Part shown: one piece after another, positions 1 to 8,556 of the stretch | How the letters are laid out: each line of letters begins with the position of its first letter | How positions within the stretch are numbered: position 1 is the stretch's first letter | Assembly: GCA_002687025.1 (NCBI GenBank) | Contig: NYZG01000444.1 | Coordinates: 1 to 42,544 of the forward strand | DNA length: 42,544 nucleotides | DNA from: Candidatus Poribacteria bacterium | GTDB taxonomy: Bacteria; Poribacteria; WGA-4E; GCA-2687025 | Direction of reading: 5' to 3' | The notes under the pieces: generated by a model | Database searches by the model: none | What the model saw: only the letters and a program-made list of their open reading frames with translations | Told to the model about the DNA's origin: nothing | Made by a program: the position numbers and the translations under genes

Positions 1-20
1 CTCGTGACACGCGCATTCCT

Positions 21-52
21 CCTGTCGATCGCTTCCCAAACCGATCGACAGG
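21..52. repeat. Perfect inverted repeat (hairpin): 11-bp arms CCTGTCGATCG (21-31) and CGATCGACAGG (42-52) with a 10-nt loop
   Basis: Read directly; the arms are exact reverse complements. No U-tract follows, so the function is unknown. Confidence 0.9.
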
Positions 53-114
53 CTAACACCGAACGCCATTAAGCAGACAGACCCTAACACCGAACGCCAT
101 TAAGCAGACAGACC
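53..114 (+). repeat. Exact 31-bp tandem direct repeat x2 (CTAACACCGAACGCCATTAAGCAGACAGACC), with a short degenerate third start at 115-123
   Basis: 53-83 and 84-114 are identical base for base. The stretch is AT-richer than the rest of the window. TAA triplets at 70-72 and 85-87 close the reading frame of the downstream 145-2007 ORF. Confidence 0.95.
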
Positions 115-144
115 CTAGCAGACGGCGAGACTCACACGGCCTAC

Positions 145-2007
145 GTGGCACTCGTCGACGGCGCAGAAGTCCTGCTCAACGCCGCCGCCACACCCAGGGA
201 CGACGTGACGTTCTCGGTCGCGAGCGCCCCGCAGCCCAACATCAGTGTGACGCCGACCGCGCTCGCACTGCCAGACACGCAGGTGGAAGGCTCGAGCTCC
301 GACACCGTCACCATCGCGAACACGGGGACCGCGACGCTGACGGTGAGCGACATCGCCTCGGACAGCGCCGCATTCACGGTTTCCACCTCGCCCGCGCCAC
401 CATTCGACTTGCTCGCACAGGACCCGGACCTCAGTCAGACGGTGACGGTGACGTTCATGCCCGTGGCGGAGGGCGCCCAGGCGGCGAGCATCACGATCAC
501 CCACAACGCGGCGGGCAGTCCCACCGTCATCACCGCGACGGGGACGGGCACGACTGCGACCGGACCCGCGGCGGACGCGGTCACCGTCGTCGATTCCCAG
601 GGATCGGCGGGAGACGATGTTATCGTGCCGATCAGCATCTTCGATGTCGCCACGGCGCCGGAGGTCGTGGCAGGCGGCGATCCGGTCGCGGGCATCGACC
701 TGACCATGACCTATGATGCGGCGTTGCTGACGCCTGTATCAGACGCAACTGGCACGATCGCCGCCGCCCTCGGCTCCATCGTTCCGTTGGAGTGGTCGAT
801 CGAGCAGAACGTCATCACGCCGGGTGAGTTGGAGATCGTCCTCGCGGGCGCGTTCGACAAGCTGCTTGCCGGCGCCGGCACGCTCGTGAACGTGACGTTC
901 GCCGTGGACGCCGGCGCAGTCACGAACACAACGAGCCCCGTCGGTCTGTCGCGCGCACGGTTGAACGACGGCGCCGTCGCCTCGACTCCAGTCGGCGGCA
1001 CGTTTGCCGTCGTCAACTTCATGTATGGCGACGTCACAGGCAACGGGGACTGGGGCGGATTCGACGGTGCGCACGTGCTGGAACACGTTGCTCAGGCGCT
1101 CCTGGCCGGAGACCACACGTTCCCGATCGAACTCGCGGCCCCCGTCTGGGCGCCACTGCCGCTGACGGAGGCAGAAGCCGATTCAGTAGCAGACGTCGAC
1201 CAGAGCGCCGACGTCACGGCGATGGACGCTTCGCTCATACTCCAAGCGGCGGTCGGAATCCTGGCCGATCTGCCCGTGGCTCCACCGGCGTCTCCGGCCA
1301 TCTCGGCGGCGCGTGCGGCCTACGTGATCAATGGCGCGGCGACGTCCGAGCGGCCCGGCGCGCACATCACACTCACCCTCGACGCCTCCACGATGGCCGG
1401 CCTCCGCGCGGGCGAACTCGTCCTGGAGTTCGACGGCGCGCTGTTGAGACCAGTGGACGTCTCGCTGAGACACGGCGCAACCGACGACAACGCGCAGCGT
1501 CCGCTGCTGGTTCAGCGTGAGGGAGACGGGCGTCTCGCCGTAGCGTTCGCCTCGGCGCGGCCCATAGAGGCGTCTGACGCGCTCCTCGAAGTCACGTTCG
1601 AGGCGACGCGCGACATTTCACGCGCGAGGGAGAGCGCGATCCGCGCGTCTCACCTGCGACTCAACCGGTCGCTAGTGGAAACGGACTTCACGTTGCCGTT
1701 CCGCATCGAGCCGTTCCAGACTCGGCTCATGGCGAACTACCCGAACCCGTTCAACCCGGAGACGTGGATTCCGTTCGAACTGGCCGAGGCCGCGGATGTG
1801 ACGGTCCGCATTTACGGCCTCGACGGCGGCCTCATGCGGAAGCTGGAGCTGGGAGCGCGGGCAGTCGGCGAACACGTCGGGCGTGAAGACGCGGCCTACT
1901 GGGATGGCAGGAACACGGACGGCGAGGCGGCCGCCAGCGGAGTATACATCTACGAGCTCACAGCGGGCGACTGCCGCGCGCTGCGCAGGATGGTCGTGAT
2001 GAAGTGA
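145..2007 (+). CDS. Large surface/scaffold protein. Modules: Ig-like (ASH / choice-of-anchor-D-like), cohesin-like, dockerin-like, second cohesin-like, and a FlgD-Ig / T9SS-type C-terminal domain. No signal peptide; possibly 5'-truncated.
   Basis: 620-aa ORF with strong G/C third-position bias. GTG at 145 is the first possible start; the frame is open only back to nt 88 and has no ATG. Dockerin-like paired Ca-loop segments: GDVTGNGDWGGFDGAHVLEH and ADVDQSADVTAMDASLILQAAVG (about nt 1021-1263). Cohesin-like stretches lie on both sides (V.VPISIFDV...GIDLTMTYDAALL; ...ELVLEFDGALLRPV...). C-terminus: NYPNPFNPETWIPFEL...AAYWDGRN...SGVYIYEL. Domain names come from motif recognition, not a search. 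Confidence 0.8.
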   Translation: MALVDGAEVLLNAAATPRDDVTFSVASAPQPNISVTPTALALPDTQVEGSSSDTVTIANTGTATLTVSDIASDSAAFTVSTSPAPPFDLLAQDPDLSQTVTVTFMPVAEGAQAASITITHNAAGSPTVITATGTGTTATGPAADAVTVVDSQGSAGDDVIVPISIFDVATAPEVVAGGDPVAGIDLTMTYDAALLTPVSDATGTIAAALGSIVPLEWSIEQNVITPGELEIVLAGAFDKLLAGAGTLVNVTFAVDAGAVTNTTSPVGLSRARLNDGAVASTPVGGTFAVVNFMYGDVTGNGDWGGFDGAHVLEHVAQALLAGDHTFPIELAAPVWAPLPLTEAEADSVADVDQSADVTAMDASLILQAAVGILADLPVAPPASPAISAARAAYVINGAATSERPGAHITLTLDASTMAGLRAGELVLEFDGALLRPVDVSLRHGATDDNAQRPLLVQREGDGRLAVAFASARPIEASDALLEVTFEATRDISRARESAIRASHLRLNRSLVETDFTLPFRIEPFQTRLMANYPNPFNPETWIPFELAEAADVTVRIYGLDGGLMRKLELGARAVGEHVGREDAAYWDGRNTDGEAAASGVYIYELTAGDCRALRRMVVMK

Positions 2008-2015
2008 CACGCGAG

Positions 2016-2047
2016 AGGCGGGATCGCCAATGCGAGCGATCCCGCCT
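2016..2047. terminator. Bidirectional hairpin terminator between convergent genes (stem GGCGGGATCGC / GCGATCCCGCC, 8-nt loop)
   Basis: Exact 11-bp GC-rich stem at 2017-2027 / 2036-2046, extendable by an A-T pair. It lies in the 53-nt gap between the stop at 2007 (+) and the stop at 2061 (-). The T-tract is weak (TTGCAT). Confidence 0.6.
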
Positions 2048-2060
2048 TGCATCGTCGTCC

Positions 2061-2594
2061 CTACAGCATCCGCACGCGGATGTTCCGGAACTGCACCGGG
2101 CCGTGATCGCCCTGCAGCATCAGCGGGCCCGTCGGCGCGTCATCGTTGACCAGTTGCCCGCCGGTGGGGCCGTCGATGGCCACGTTGTCGTGGATCTTCA
2201 CGCCGTTGAGCAGCACGGTGAGGGTCATGCCCTGGATGGTCGCGTCGATCGTCTGCCACTCGCCGGCCGGCTTGCTGGCTTCCACGTCGGGGCGCTTCTG
2301 GTTGTACAGCGCGCCGTTCTCAGCCGGGTAGTCGTACGTGTTCCCGAGGCTGTCGAGTATCTGCAGCTCGTAGCGTCCGCGCAGGTAGATGCCGCTGTTG
2401 CTGCCCGCCGGCACGTTGTACTCGATGTGCAGTTCGTGATCGCCACACTCCGCGTCCGTGACGATATCGACGCCGTGACCCGTGTTGTCGAGGACACCGT
2501 CGTTCACTTCCCACGTGTGCTCACGGTCGGTGTTCCGCATGTGCCAACCCGTGAGATCCTCGCCGTTGAACAGTTCGATCCACTCGCCTGACAT
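2061..2594 (-). CDS. DUF1080 (3-keto-disaccharide hydrolase-like, concanavalin-type) domain protein, 177 aa, no signal peptide
   Basis: Only the C-terminal 177 aa of the 506-aa ORF look coding: MSGEWIELFNGEDLTGW...NSGIYLRGRYELQILD...GALYNQKRP...GEWQTIDA...LNGV... . The ATG at 2594 is preceded by AGAAGGAAAG. The upstream extension is Arg-rich and overlaps the opposite-strand DUF4091 gene. Confidence 0.85.
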   Translation of the reverse strand: MSGEWIELFNGEDLTGWHMRNTDREHTWEVNDGVLDNTGHGVDIVTDAECGDHELHIEYNVPAGSNSGIYLRGRYELQILDSLGNTYDYPAENGALYNQKRPDVEASKPAGEWQTIDATIQGMTLTVLLNGVKIHDNVAIDGPTGGQLVNDDAPTGPLMLQGDHGPVQFRNIRVRML

Positions 2595-2732
2595 GGCCTG
2601 CTTTCCTTCTCTCGACTGACCGGGGTTCCTGTGGCCGGGAGAGATTACACCGTATCGCCGCGTCGCGCTTGCCGCCTCGACGACTAGGCCGCATGATCCC
2701 CGCACACACGCCGAACGCAGGAAGGCCGAACC

Positions 2733-4442
2733 ATGTCGTTGACCGTGTGGACGCAGGGCTGCATGTCCCGCATCTTCCCGCATCAGGGGATACCGACCCA
2801 CGGCCCCCAGCCGACGCTCCTGCACGCCGCCCGGGGCGAGGTGGAGGCGTTTCAGATCGGCATCCACGGCGTCGCCGACGACCTGAACGATCTGGACGCC
2901 GCCGCGTCCGATCTGGTAAGCAGGTCGGGCGCCACGATCCCCTCCGACGCGATCGACATCCTGTATCCCGAGTACGTGCCGGTCCATTGGCATTCCGCGG
3001 GAAACACACCGGACGATCTGGAGGGTTCTGCCCCGGGATTCTACCCGGACCCGCTCCTGCCCGCCCCGTGGCGCGGCGTCGGTCGCGTCGAGTTCCCCCA
3101 TACGCTGAGCGTCTGGGTACGAGTGCGCGTGCCGCGAGACACGCCTCCCGGCGACTACGCGGGCGTCGTGCACGTCACGTGCCGGGCAGGCGCGCGCGAG
3201 ATCCCGTTCGGCGTGCGGGTCGCCTCGTTCACACTCCCCGAGCAGTCCGACTTTCTCATGACGAACTGGCTGCTGCCAGGGCCGATCCTGAAGTTCCACC
3301 GCATCCAGCCCATGACGGAGCAGTTCTGGAACGTCATGGCGCTCTACGCGCGGAACCTGGCGGACCATCGTCAGAACGTGGTCCTCACGCCGCTCTTCCC
3401 GATGGCGAGCACCGGCGGGATCATCGATGGTCGCTCCCAGGACCAACTCGTCGACATCACGGCGCCTGCCGACGGCGGCTATGCGTTCGACTTCACGAAC
3501 CTGGCGCGGTGGATCGAGCTCTTCTTCGATCACGGCTTCCGGCTGATTGAGGGCGGCCACCTTGCGGGCGGGTCGACACATCCCTCGGCCATCGCGATAC
3601 GCCGGGGCGACTCCGTCGAGCGCAAGGCGTTCACTTCGACCGGCGACGACGACTACCGCGTCTTCCTCGGGCAGTACTTGACGGCGTTGCGCGCCTTCCT
3701 ATCCGAGCGAGGCTGGCTCGACCGCTTCTGCCTGCACCTCTCCGACGAGCCCCACGGCGACCAATTCGACGCGTACACGGATCTCGCGGAATTCGTGAAG
3801 GAGACCGCGCCCGAGATTCCCCTCATCGACGCCATGGGCAGGGCCGAATACGCCCCGTTCATCGACCACCCCGTACCGCTCGAGAGCGTCTACGAGGAGT
3901 TCACGCAGCAGCCGGGCGTCACGAAGGACGACGTGTGGTTCTACTACTGCTGCGGCCCGACCGGCGCGTGGCCGAATCGGTTCATCGACTACCCGCTCAT
4001 CCGCACGCGCATATTCACGTGGCTGGCCTTCAAGCACGGCATCCCCGGGTTCCTTCACTGGGGTCTGAACCACTGGGCGTGGCATCGACCCAACTACCGC
4101 GCCGAGGAGTACAACCCGTACGACAACACGACGGGAGGTACGCTCCAGGCGGGCGACAGCTACGTCATCTATCCTCCTCGGATGCCCGCCGAAAGCCACG
4201 AACCCGTGGACTCCATCCGGTGGGAGATCATCCGCAAAGCGATGGAGGACTACGAGTACCTCGTGATGCTCCGCGATGTCGCCAGGGCCGGTGGCGCCCT
4301 GGGCGACCGCGCGTCGGAGATGCTGGACGAATTCGAGCAGCGCATCGTTCCGAGCTTCACGGAGCACACGCGTGACGCGGCCTACCTCGAGGTCTTCCGT
4401 CGGCGCGCGAGCCGCGTGATCGGGCAGGCCGCGCGGTCGTGA
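2733..4442 (+). CDS. DUF4091 domain protein (GH123-like putative glycoside hydrolase), cytoplasmic
   Basis: 569-aa ORF with AGGAAGG 7 nt upstream of the ATG. Characteristic stretch: VWFYYCCGPTGAWPNRFIDYPLIRTRIFTWLAFKHGIPGFLHWGLNHW. Family assignment is from memory of the motif. Confidence 0.7.
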   Translation: MSLTVWTQGCMSRIFPHQGIPTHGPQPTLLHAARGEVEAFQIGIHGVADDLNDLDAAASDLVSRSGATIPSDAIDILYPEYVPVHWHSAGNTPDDLEGSAPGFYPDPLLPAPWRGVGRVEFPHTLSVWVRVRVPRDTPPGDYAGVVHVTCRAGAREIPFGVRVASFTLPEQSDFLMTNWLLPGPILKFHRIQPMTEQFWNVMALYARNLADHRQNVVLTPLFPMASTGGIIDGRSQDQLVDITAPADGGYAFDFTNLARWIELFFDHGFRLIEGGHLAGGSTHPSAIAIRRGDSVERKAFTSTGDDDYRVFLGQYLTALRAFLSERGWLDRFCLHLSDEPHGDQFDAYTDLAEFVKETAPEIPLIDAMGRAEYAPFIDHPVPLESVYEEFTQQPGVTKDDVWFYYCCGPTGAWPNRFIDYPLIRTRIFTWLAFKHGIPGFLHWGLNHWAWHRPNYRAEEYNPYDNTTGGTLQAGDSYVIYPPRMPAESHEPVDSIRWEIIRKAMEDYEYLVMLRDVARAGGALGDRASEMLDEFEQRIVPSFTEHTRDAAYLEVFRRRASRVIGQAARS

Positions 4443-5983
4443 GCGCCGGCATCCAGCAGGAGATCGCGCCCGTGCCCGAGATGGAGCCCCGAGACGAACA
4501 CAACGTCCGTCTGCTGGACAACGTCCATCCGTCAGACTGGCAGAACCCCACGCCGGACGGCCGGTACAACCTGGTCGTCATCGGCGCCGGAACGGCCGGG
4601 CTCGTGTGCGCGGCGGGCGCGGCGGGGTTGGGCGCAAAGGTGGCCCTGATCGAGCGCCACCTGCTTGGGGGCGACTGCCTCAACACCGGCTGTGTGCCGT
4701 CCAAGGCGATCATCCGTTCGTCCCGCGCCGTAGCAGACATCCACAACGCCCGGTCTGCGGGAGTCGCCGCGGGCGGCGCGGTGGCGGTCGACTTCCCAGC
4801 CGTCATGGAGCGCATGCGCCGCCTGCGCGCGGACATCAGCGCGGACGACGCGGCCGCACGGTTTCGCGATCTCGGCGTGGACGTCTACCTGGGCGACGCG
4901 CGGTTCGCCGGCCGTGACGCGGTGCAGGTCGACGGACAGACGCTCCGCTTCAGCAAGGCCGCCATCGCGACGGGTGCGCGGGCGGCCGTGCCCGACACAC
5001 CGGGCATCGAGGCCAGCGGCTACCTGACGAACGAAACAGTGTTCTCCCTAACCGAGCTCCCGGCCCGCCTGGCGGTCATAGGCGGCGGCCCCATCGGCTG
5101 TGAGTTGGCGCAGGCGTTCGCCCGCCTGGGCAGCGACGTGACGTTGCTGCACCGCGGGCAGACTCTCCTCGCTAGAGAGGACGGCTTCGCGTCCAAGATC
5201 GTGGATCGGGCCCTGCGACGCTCCCATGTGTCGTTGGAGCTGGCAGCCACCCCGACGCGCGTACAGACAGCCGGCGCCGCTCGGATACTCACCTTTCGAG
5301 TCGGCGACGGCGAGCAGGCGATCGACGTGGATCAGATACTTGTCGCCACGGGACGGGCGCCGAATGTCGAGGGGGTGGGCCTGGACATCGCTGGCGTTGA
5401 ATACGATACGCGCCGCGGAGTGCGCGTGGACGACCGGCTACGCACGACGAATCCTGCCATATATGCCGTCGGCGATGTCTGCATGTCGGAGAAGTTCACA
5501 CACGCCGCCGACGCCGCCGCGCGCATCGTCATCCAGAACGCTCTGTTCCGCGGCCGCAAGCGTCTGAGCGACCTGCTGATCCCACGCTGCACCTACACCG
5601 ACCCGGAGGTCGCGACCGTGGGTCTGACGGTGGCACAGGCCACCGAGGCCGGCGTGGCGATAGACACGTATCAGCGGGCCTTCACGGACGTGCACCGCGC
5701 GGTCGTAGATGGGGAGACAGAGGGTATGGTGGCGGCCCACGTGCGGCGCGGCTCGGACAGGATCGTCGGGGCGACGATCGTCGCGCGCAACGCCGGGGAC
5801 ATGATCAGCGAGATCACCGTCGCGATGACGAACGGGCTCGGCCTCGGCAAGCTTGCCGGGGTCATCCACCCCTACCCAACCCAGGCCGAGGCGGTCAAGC
5901 ACATCGCCGACATGTACAGCCGCACACGCCTGACACCCACGCTACGCAAGTGGTTCACGCGCTGGATGGACTGGACAAGGTAG
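4439..5983 (+). CDS. Class I pyridine nucleotide-disulfide oxidoreductase (mercuric-reductase / dihydrolipoamide-dehydrogenase-like flavoprotein)
   Basis: FAD fold VVIGAGTAGLVCA; redox-active disulfide motif GGDCLNTGCVPSK; NAD fold VIGGGPIGCELA; C-terminal HPYPTQAE dyad. GTG 4439 overlaps the upstream stop (GTGA). Alternative in-frame starts are GTG 4472 (AGGAG 9 nt upstream) and ATG 4481. Confidence 0.85.
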   Translation: MSAGIQQEIAPVPEMEPRDEHNVRLLDNVHPSDWQNPTPDGRYNLVVIGAGTAGLVCAAGAAGLGAKVALIERHLLGGDCLNTGCVPSKAIIRSSRAVADIHNARSAGVAAGGAVAVDFPAVMERMRRLRADISADDAAARFRDLGVDVYLGDARFAGRDAVQVDGQTLRFSKAAIATGARAAVPDTPGIEASGYLTNETVFSLTELPARLAVIGGGPIGCELAQAFARLGSDVTLLHRGQTLLAREDGFASKIVDRALRRSHVSLELAATPTRVQTAGAARILTFRVGDGEQAIDVDQILVATGRAPNVEGVGLDIAGVEYDTRRGVRVDDRLRTTNPAIYAVGDVCMSEKFTHAADAAARIVIQNALFRGRKRLSDLLIPRCTYTDPEVATVGLTVAQATEAGVAIDTYQRAFTDVHRAVVDGETEGMVAAHVRRGSDRIVGATIVARNAGDMISEITVAMTNGLGLGKLAGVIHPYPTQAEAVKHIADMYSRTRLTPTLRKWFTRWMDWTR

Positions 5984-5986
5984 CGG

Positions 5987-7159
5987 CTACGTCGGCCCCA
6001 TCGTGGCCAGGCGACGCCCCGCCAGCCGCGCTCCGGCGATGTTCAGCGCCGCCGGACCCAGCTCCAGCTCGGCCAACGGCCCACACACGTACACCCCCGA
6101 CCCCCACTCCAGCCGCGCGTCCACGATGGGGTAGCCGCAGGCGGCTGTGGGCAGGCCCAACTCCTCGACGGCCGTGTCCACCCACTCTCCGCCGGGCCGG
6201 CGGCTGTCGAACCCGGTCGCGATGAGCAGGCGATCCGTCGTGATGGGCTCGCCGACCGCGAATTCCAACCGAACGCTGCCGTCCGACAGGGCCTTGGCGT
6301 CCACGACATCGCCGAATGTGTGCCGGAGCCGACCGAGCCCGACCGCGAGTTCCACGGCCGCCTCGACATCCGATGTCACGGAGCCGGGGTGGCGTCCGGA
6401 CTCGACGACCACGCGCCGTCGGTCGAAGTCCGGTTCATCCGCGAGGCGCGCCGGGCCCGTGGGACGAAGCCACTCGGCATCCGTGTCGTAATCGTGCCGC
6501 CGCAGATTCCCACGTGACAGCAGCGTGACCTCGCCGCGACCGGTCCTGGCCAGGGCCACGGCCGTCTGTGCGGCGGTCATCGCGCCGCCAATCACCACGC
6601 AGCGATCCCAGGCGCCGACCGCCGCAATGTCGAAGCCCGGCGCGCCCACGTGCTGTGCGCACCCGGCGTGCAGGCCCGCCACCCAGTCGGGGTAGCGCAG
6701 TTGCTCGGTGAGCCCCATCGCCAGCAGCACGCGCCGAGCCTCGATTCGGCCGGCATCGGTGTCCACCCCGATACCTCTGGCGACGCGCGTAAGACCTGTC
6801 GCGCGGCCCTGTACGCGCAGGTCGCGTAGGCGGCAGCGCCGTATGACTCCGTCGGCGTGGTCGTTGAAGACCGTCAGCGCCGCGCGACCTCGGTTCCGCG
6901 CGAGGTGGGTCGTCGTGTGCGTGCCGTGATCCCTCCGGTACATAAACAGACTGAGAGGGTCGTCCGCGATATGGTCCTCGAGCGGCGAGCGGAGGAACTC
7001 CATGCCGCAGTTCCGCGTGCATTCGCGCCAGCGCTGCAGAGGCTCGGCATGCGGGTCCAGCACGCGGACCTTCGCAGCGTCCACTCCCACATCCGCAGTG
7101 AGAACACGAGACAGATGCGTGCCGTGTATCCCGCCGCCGATGATGAGCCAATCGAGCAT
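5987..7159 (-). CDS. FAD/NAD(P)-binding oxidoreductase of unknown specificity (two dinucleotide-binding motifs)
   Basis: Start taken at MLDWLIIGGGIHGTH (ATG 7159). A second Rossmann-like motif is VVIGGAMTAAQTAVALA. The 35-aa upstream extension of the ORF looks non-coding. Confidence 0.7.
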   Translation of the reverse strand: MLDWLIIGGGIHGTHLSRVLTADVGVDAAKVRVLDPHAEPLQRWRECTRNCGMEFLRSPLEDHIADDPLSLFMYRRDHGTHTTTHLARNRGRAALTVFNDHADGVIRRCRLRDLRVQGRATGLTRVARGIGVDTDAGRIEARRVLLAMGLTEQLRYPDWVAGLHAGCAQHVGAPGFDIAAVGAWDRCVVIGGAMTAAQTAVALARTGRGEVTLLSRGNLRRHDYDTDAEWLRPTGPARLADEPDFDRRRVVVESGRHPGSVTSDVEAAVELAVGLGRLRHTFGDVVDAKALSDGSVRLEFAVGEPITTDRLLIATGFDSRRPGGEWVDTAVEELGLPTAACGYPIVDARLEWGSGVYVCGPLAELELGPAALNIAGARLAGRRLATMGPT

Positions 7160-7303
7160 CACGCGCCAATCGCGAAGTCCACCCTCGGCAGGCCGACGCC
7201 ATGGTCCCCGGCCAGTATACGACACGCCGCCTGGCCGCGCGCCGTACGTGGCGAGGGCCGCCACCCGGCGGCCCTCGCATCGCTGCTGTGATCGCGGGTG
7301 CTG

Positions 7304-8443
7304 CTAGGGTGCCGCGACTGTCGAGAGCGCGTCGGCGTCTTCGTCCAGAAGCGCGCGCAGCCGGCTGCCGTCGGCATCCATGACGAGGATGCGCCGTGAG
7401 CCGTACATCCCGGACGCGAACACGATGCGCGAGCCGTCCGGGGACCACGCAAACGCGTCGTCGGACACCCGTTGTGCCGCGATGCGCGTCGGCGACCCGC
7501 CCTCGGGGTCCACGACGAATAGCTCGCGCGACCCGTTCCTATCCGAGGCGAAGGCGATGCGTCCGCCATCCGGGGACCACACCGGCCGTGAGTCGCGACC
7601 GTCGCTGTGCGTGAGCCGCCGCGCGTGGCCGCCGTCGACATCCACCACGCCCACGTCCCAGTTGCCTGGGGTGGCCGTCAGCGACATGAACGCGATGCGC
7701 CGGCCGTCCGGCGACCAGGAGACGTCGGCGTGATGCCCCGGCGTGTTCGTCACGTTCCGCGCGCCCGACCCGTCGGCGGCCATGACGAAGATGTCGCCGC
7801 GCGTAAACGCGATGCTCGCGCCGTCCGGCGACCAGAGCGGGCGAAGATCGTCCTTGCCATCCTTCGTAAGCCGAGTTGCCGCCCCGCCGTCGGCGCCCAC
7901 GACGTATATGTCCGCGTTCCCCGCCCGGTTCGACTCGAACGCGATACTCTTGCCATCGGGGGACCATGCCGGCCTCATATCGCCGCGTTCGTGACGCGTC
8001 ACGTTGGTCGGCTTCCCGCCGTCGGCGTCCACCAGGTAGATTTCCCAGTCATACGAGCCGTTGCGATTCGACACGAACGCTATCGTCGTGCCGTCCGGCG
8101 ACCATGCCGGCTGGTGATCCACGCTCGCGTCGCTTGTCAGCCGCACGGGGGACGATCCCCCCACATAGGCTGTGTAGATGTCTCTGTTTCCGGGTTCCTC
8201 ACGATCCGATACATAGGCGACACGCGTCCCGTCCGGCGACCACACCGGGGCGTGATCGTCCGGCGGCCGGGCCGTGGATGCCGATGGGGTGTGGAGTGCG
8301 GTCGCGACAACAGCGGGGCGGGAGCCCGTCTCGCCTGTCGCGGGTGAGAGCGCTTGGTCTGCGTAGCCCTGGGGCGCGGCCGCGACCCAAAGGGACGCTC
8401 CGGCAATCAGGGCGAAATGCCACGATGCTCCGAGAGGTTTCAT
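7304..8443 (-). CDS. Secreted TolB-like PD40 (WD40-like) beta-propeller repeat protein
   Basis: Signal peptide MKPLGASWHFALIAGASLWVAAAPQGYA. Seven repeats of the form P.WSPDG..IAF.S.R (hand count). GGAGAT lies 5 nt upstream of the ATG. Confidence 0.9.
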   Translation of the reverse strand: MKPLGASWHFALIAGASLWVAAAPQGYADQALSPATGETGSRPAVVATALHTPSASTARPPDDHAPVWSPDGTRVAYVSDREEPGNRDIYTAYVGGSSPVRLTSDASVDHQPAWSPDGTTIAFVSNRNGSYDWEIYLVDADGGKPTNVTRHERGDMRPAWSPDGKSIAFESNRAGNADIYVVGADGGAATRLTKDGKDDLRPLWSPDGASIAFTRGDIFVMAADGSGARNVTNTPGHHADVSWSPDGRRIAFMSLTATPGNWDVGVVDVDGGHARRLTHSDGRDSRPVWSPDGGRIAFASDRNGSRELFVVDPEGGSPTRIAAQRVSDDAFAWSPDGSRIVFASGMYGSRRILVMDADGSRLRALLDEDADALSTVAAP

Positions 8444-8544
8444 GGTCGATCTCCATGGGTCTCATGGGCGGCGCCCACCGACGACGGCGGGCATTCGGGT
8501 CGAGTGGCATCTGTCCTCCGCGTCTGTCCCGCATGCTCTACACG

Positions 8545-8556
8545 CCTACGCGTAGG
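8545..8556. promoter_or_regulatory. Perfect 12-bp palindrome CCTACGCGTAGG in a divergent intergenic region (possible operator)
   Basis: Read directly. It lies about 100 nt upstream of the TolB-like gene start, inside a ~600-nt non-coding gap. The function is speculative. Confidence 0.25.

Noticed and set aside
53-123. CRISPR array
   Set aside because: The 31-bp repeats abut directly with no spacers, only two full copies are present, and there are no cas genes. This is a tandem duplication, not a CRISPR array.
1723-2004. Asserting a type IX secretion system from the C-terminal domains
   Set aside because: Only cargo-type domains are visible, and no T9SS machinery gene is in the window. The domain type also occurs in lineages where the export route is unclear.
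2595-3581. N-terminal 329-aa extension of the DUF1080 ORF (the track gives 2061-3581)
   Set aside because: The extension is Arg-rich and overlaps the DUF4091 gene on the other strand. The DUF1080 domain starts exactly at an internal ATG with a good RBS.
4439-5983. Mercury resistance (merA)
   Set aside because: The redox-active CxxxxC is present. However, there is no N-terminal GMTCxxC domain, no C-terminal vicinal Cys pair, and no merR/T/P genes. I call it only a generic class I disulfide oxidoreductase.
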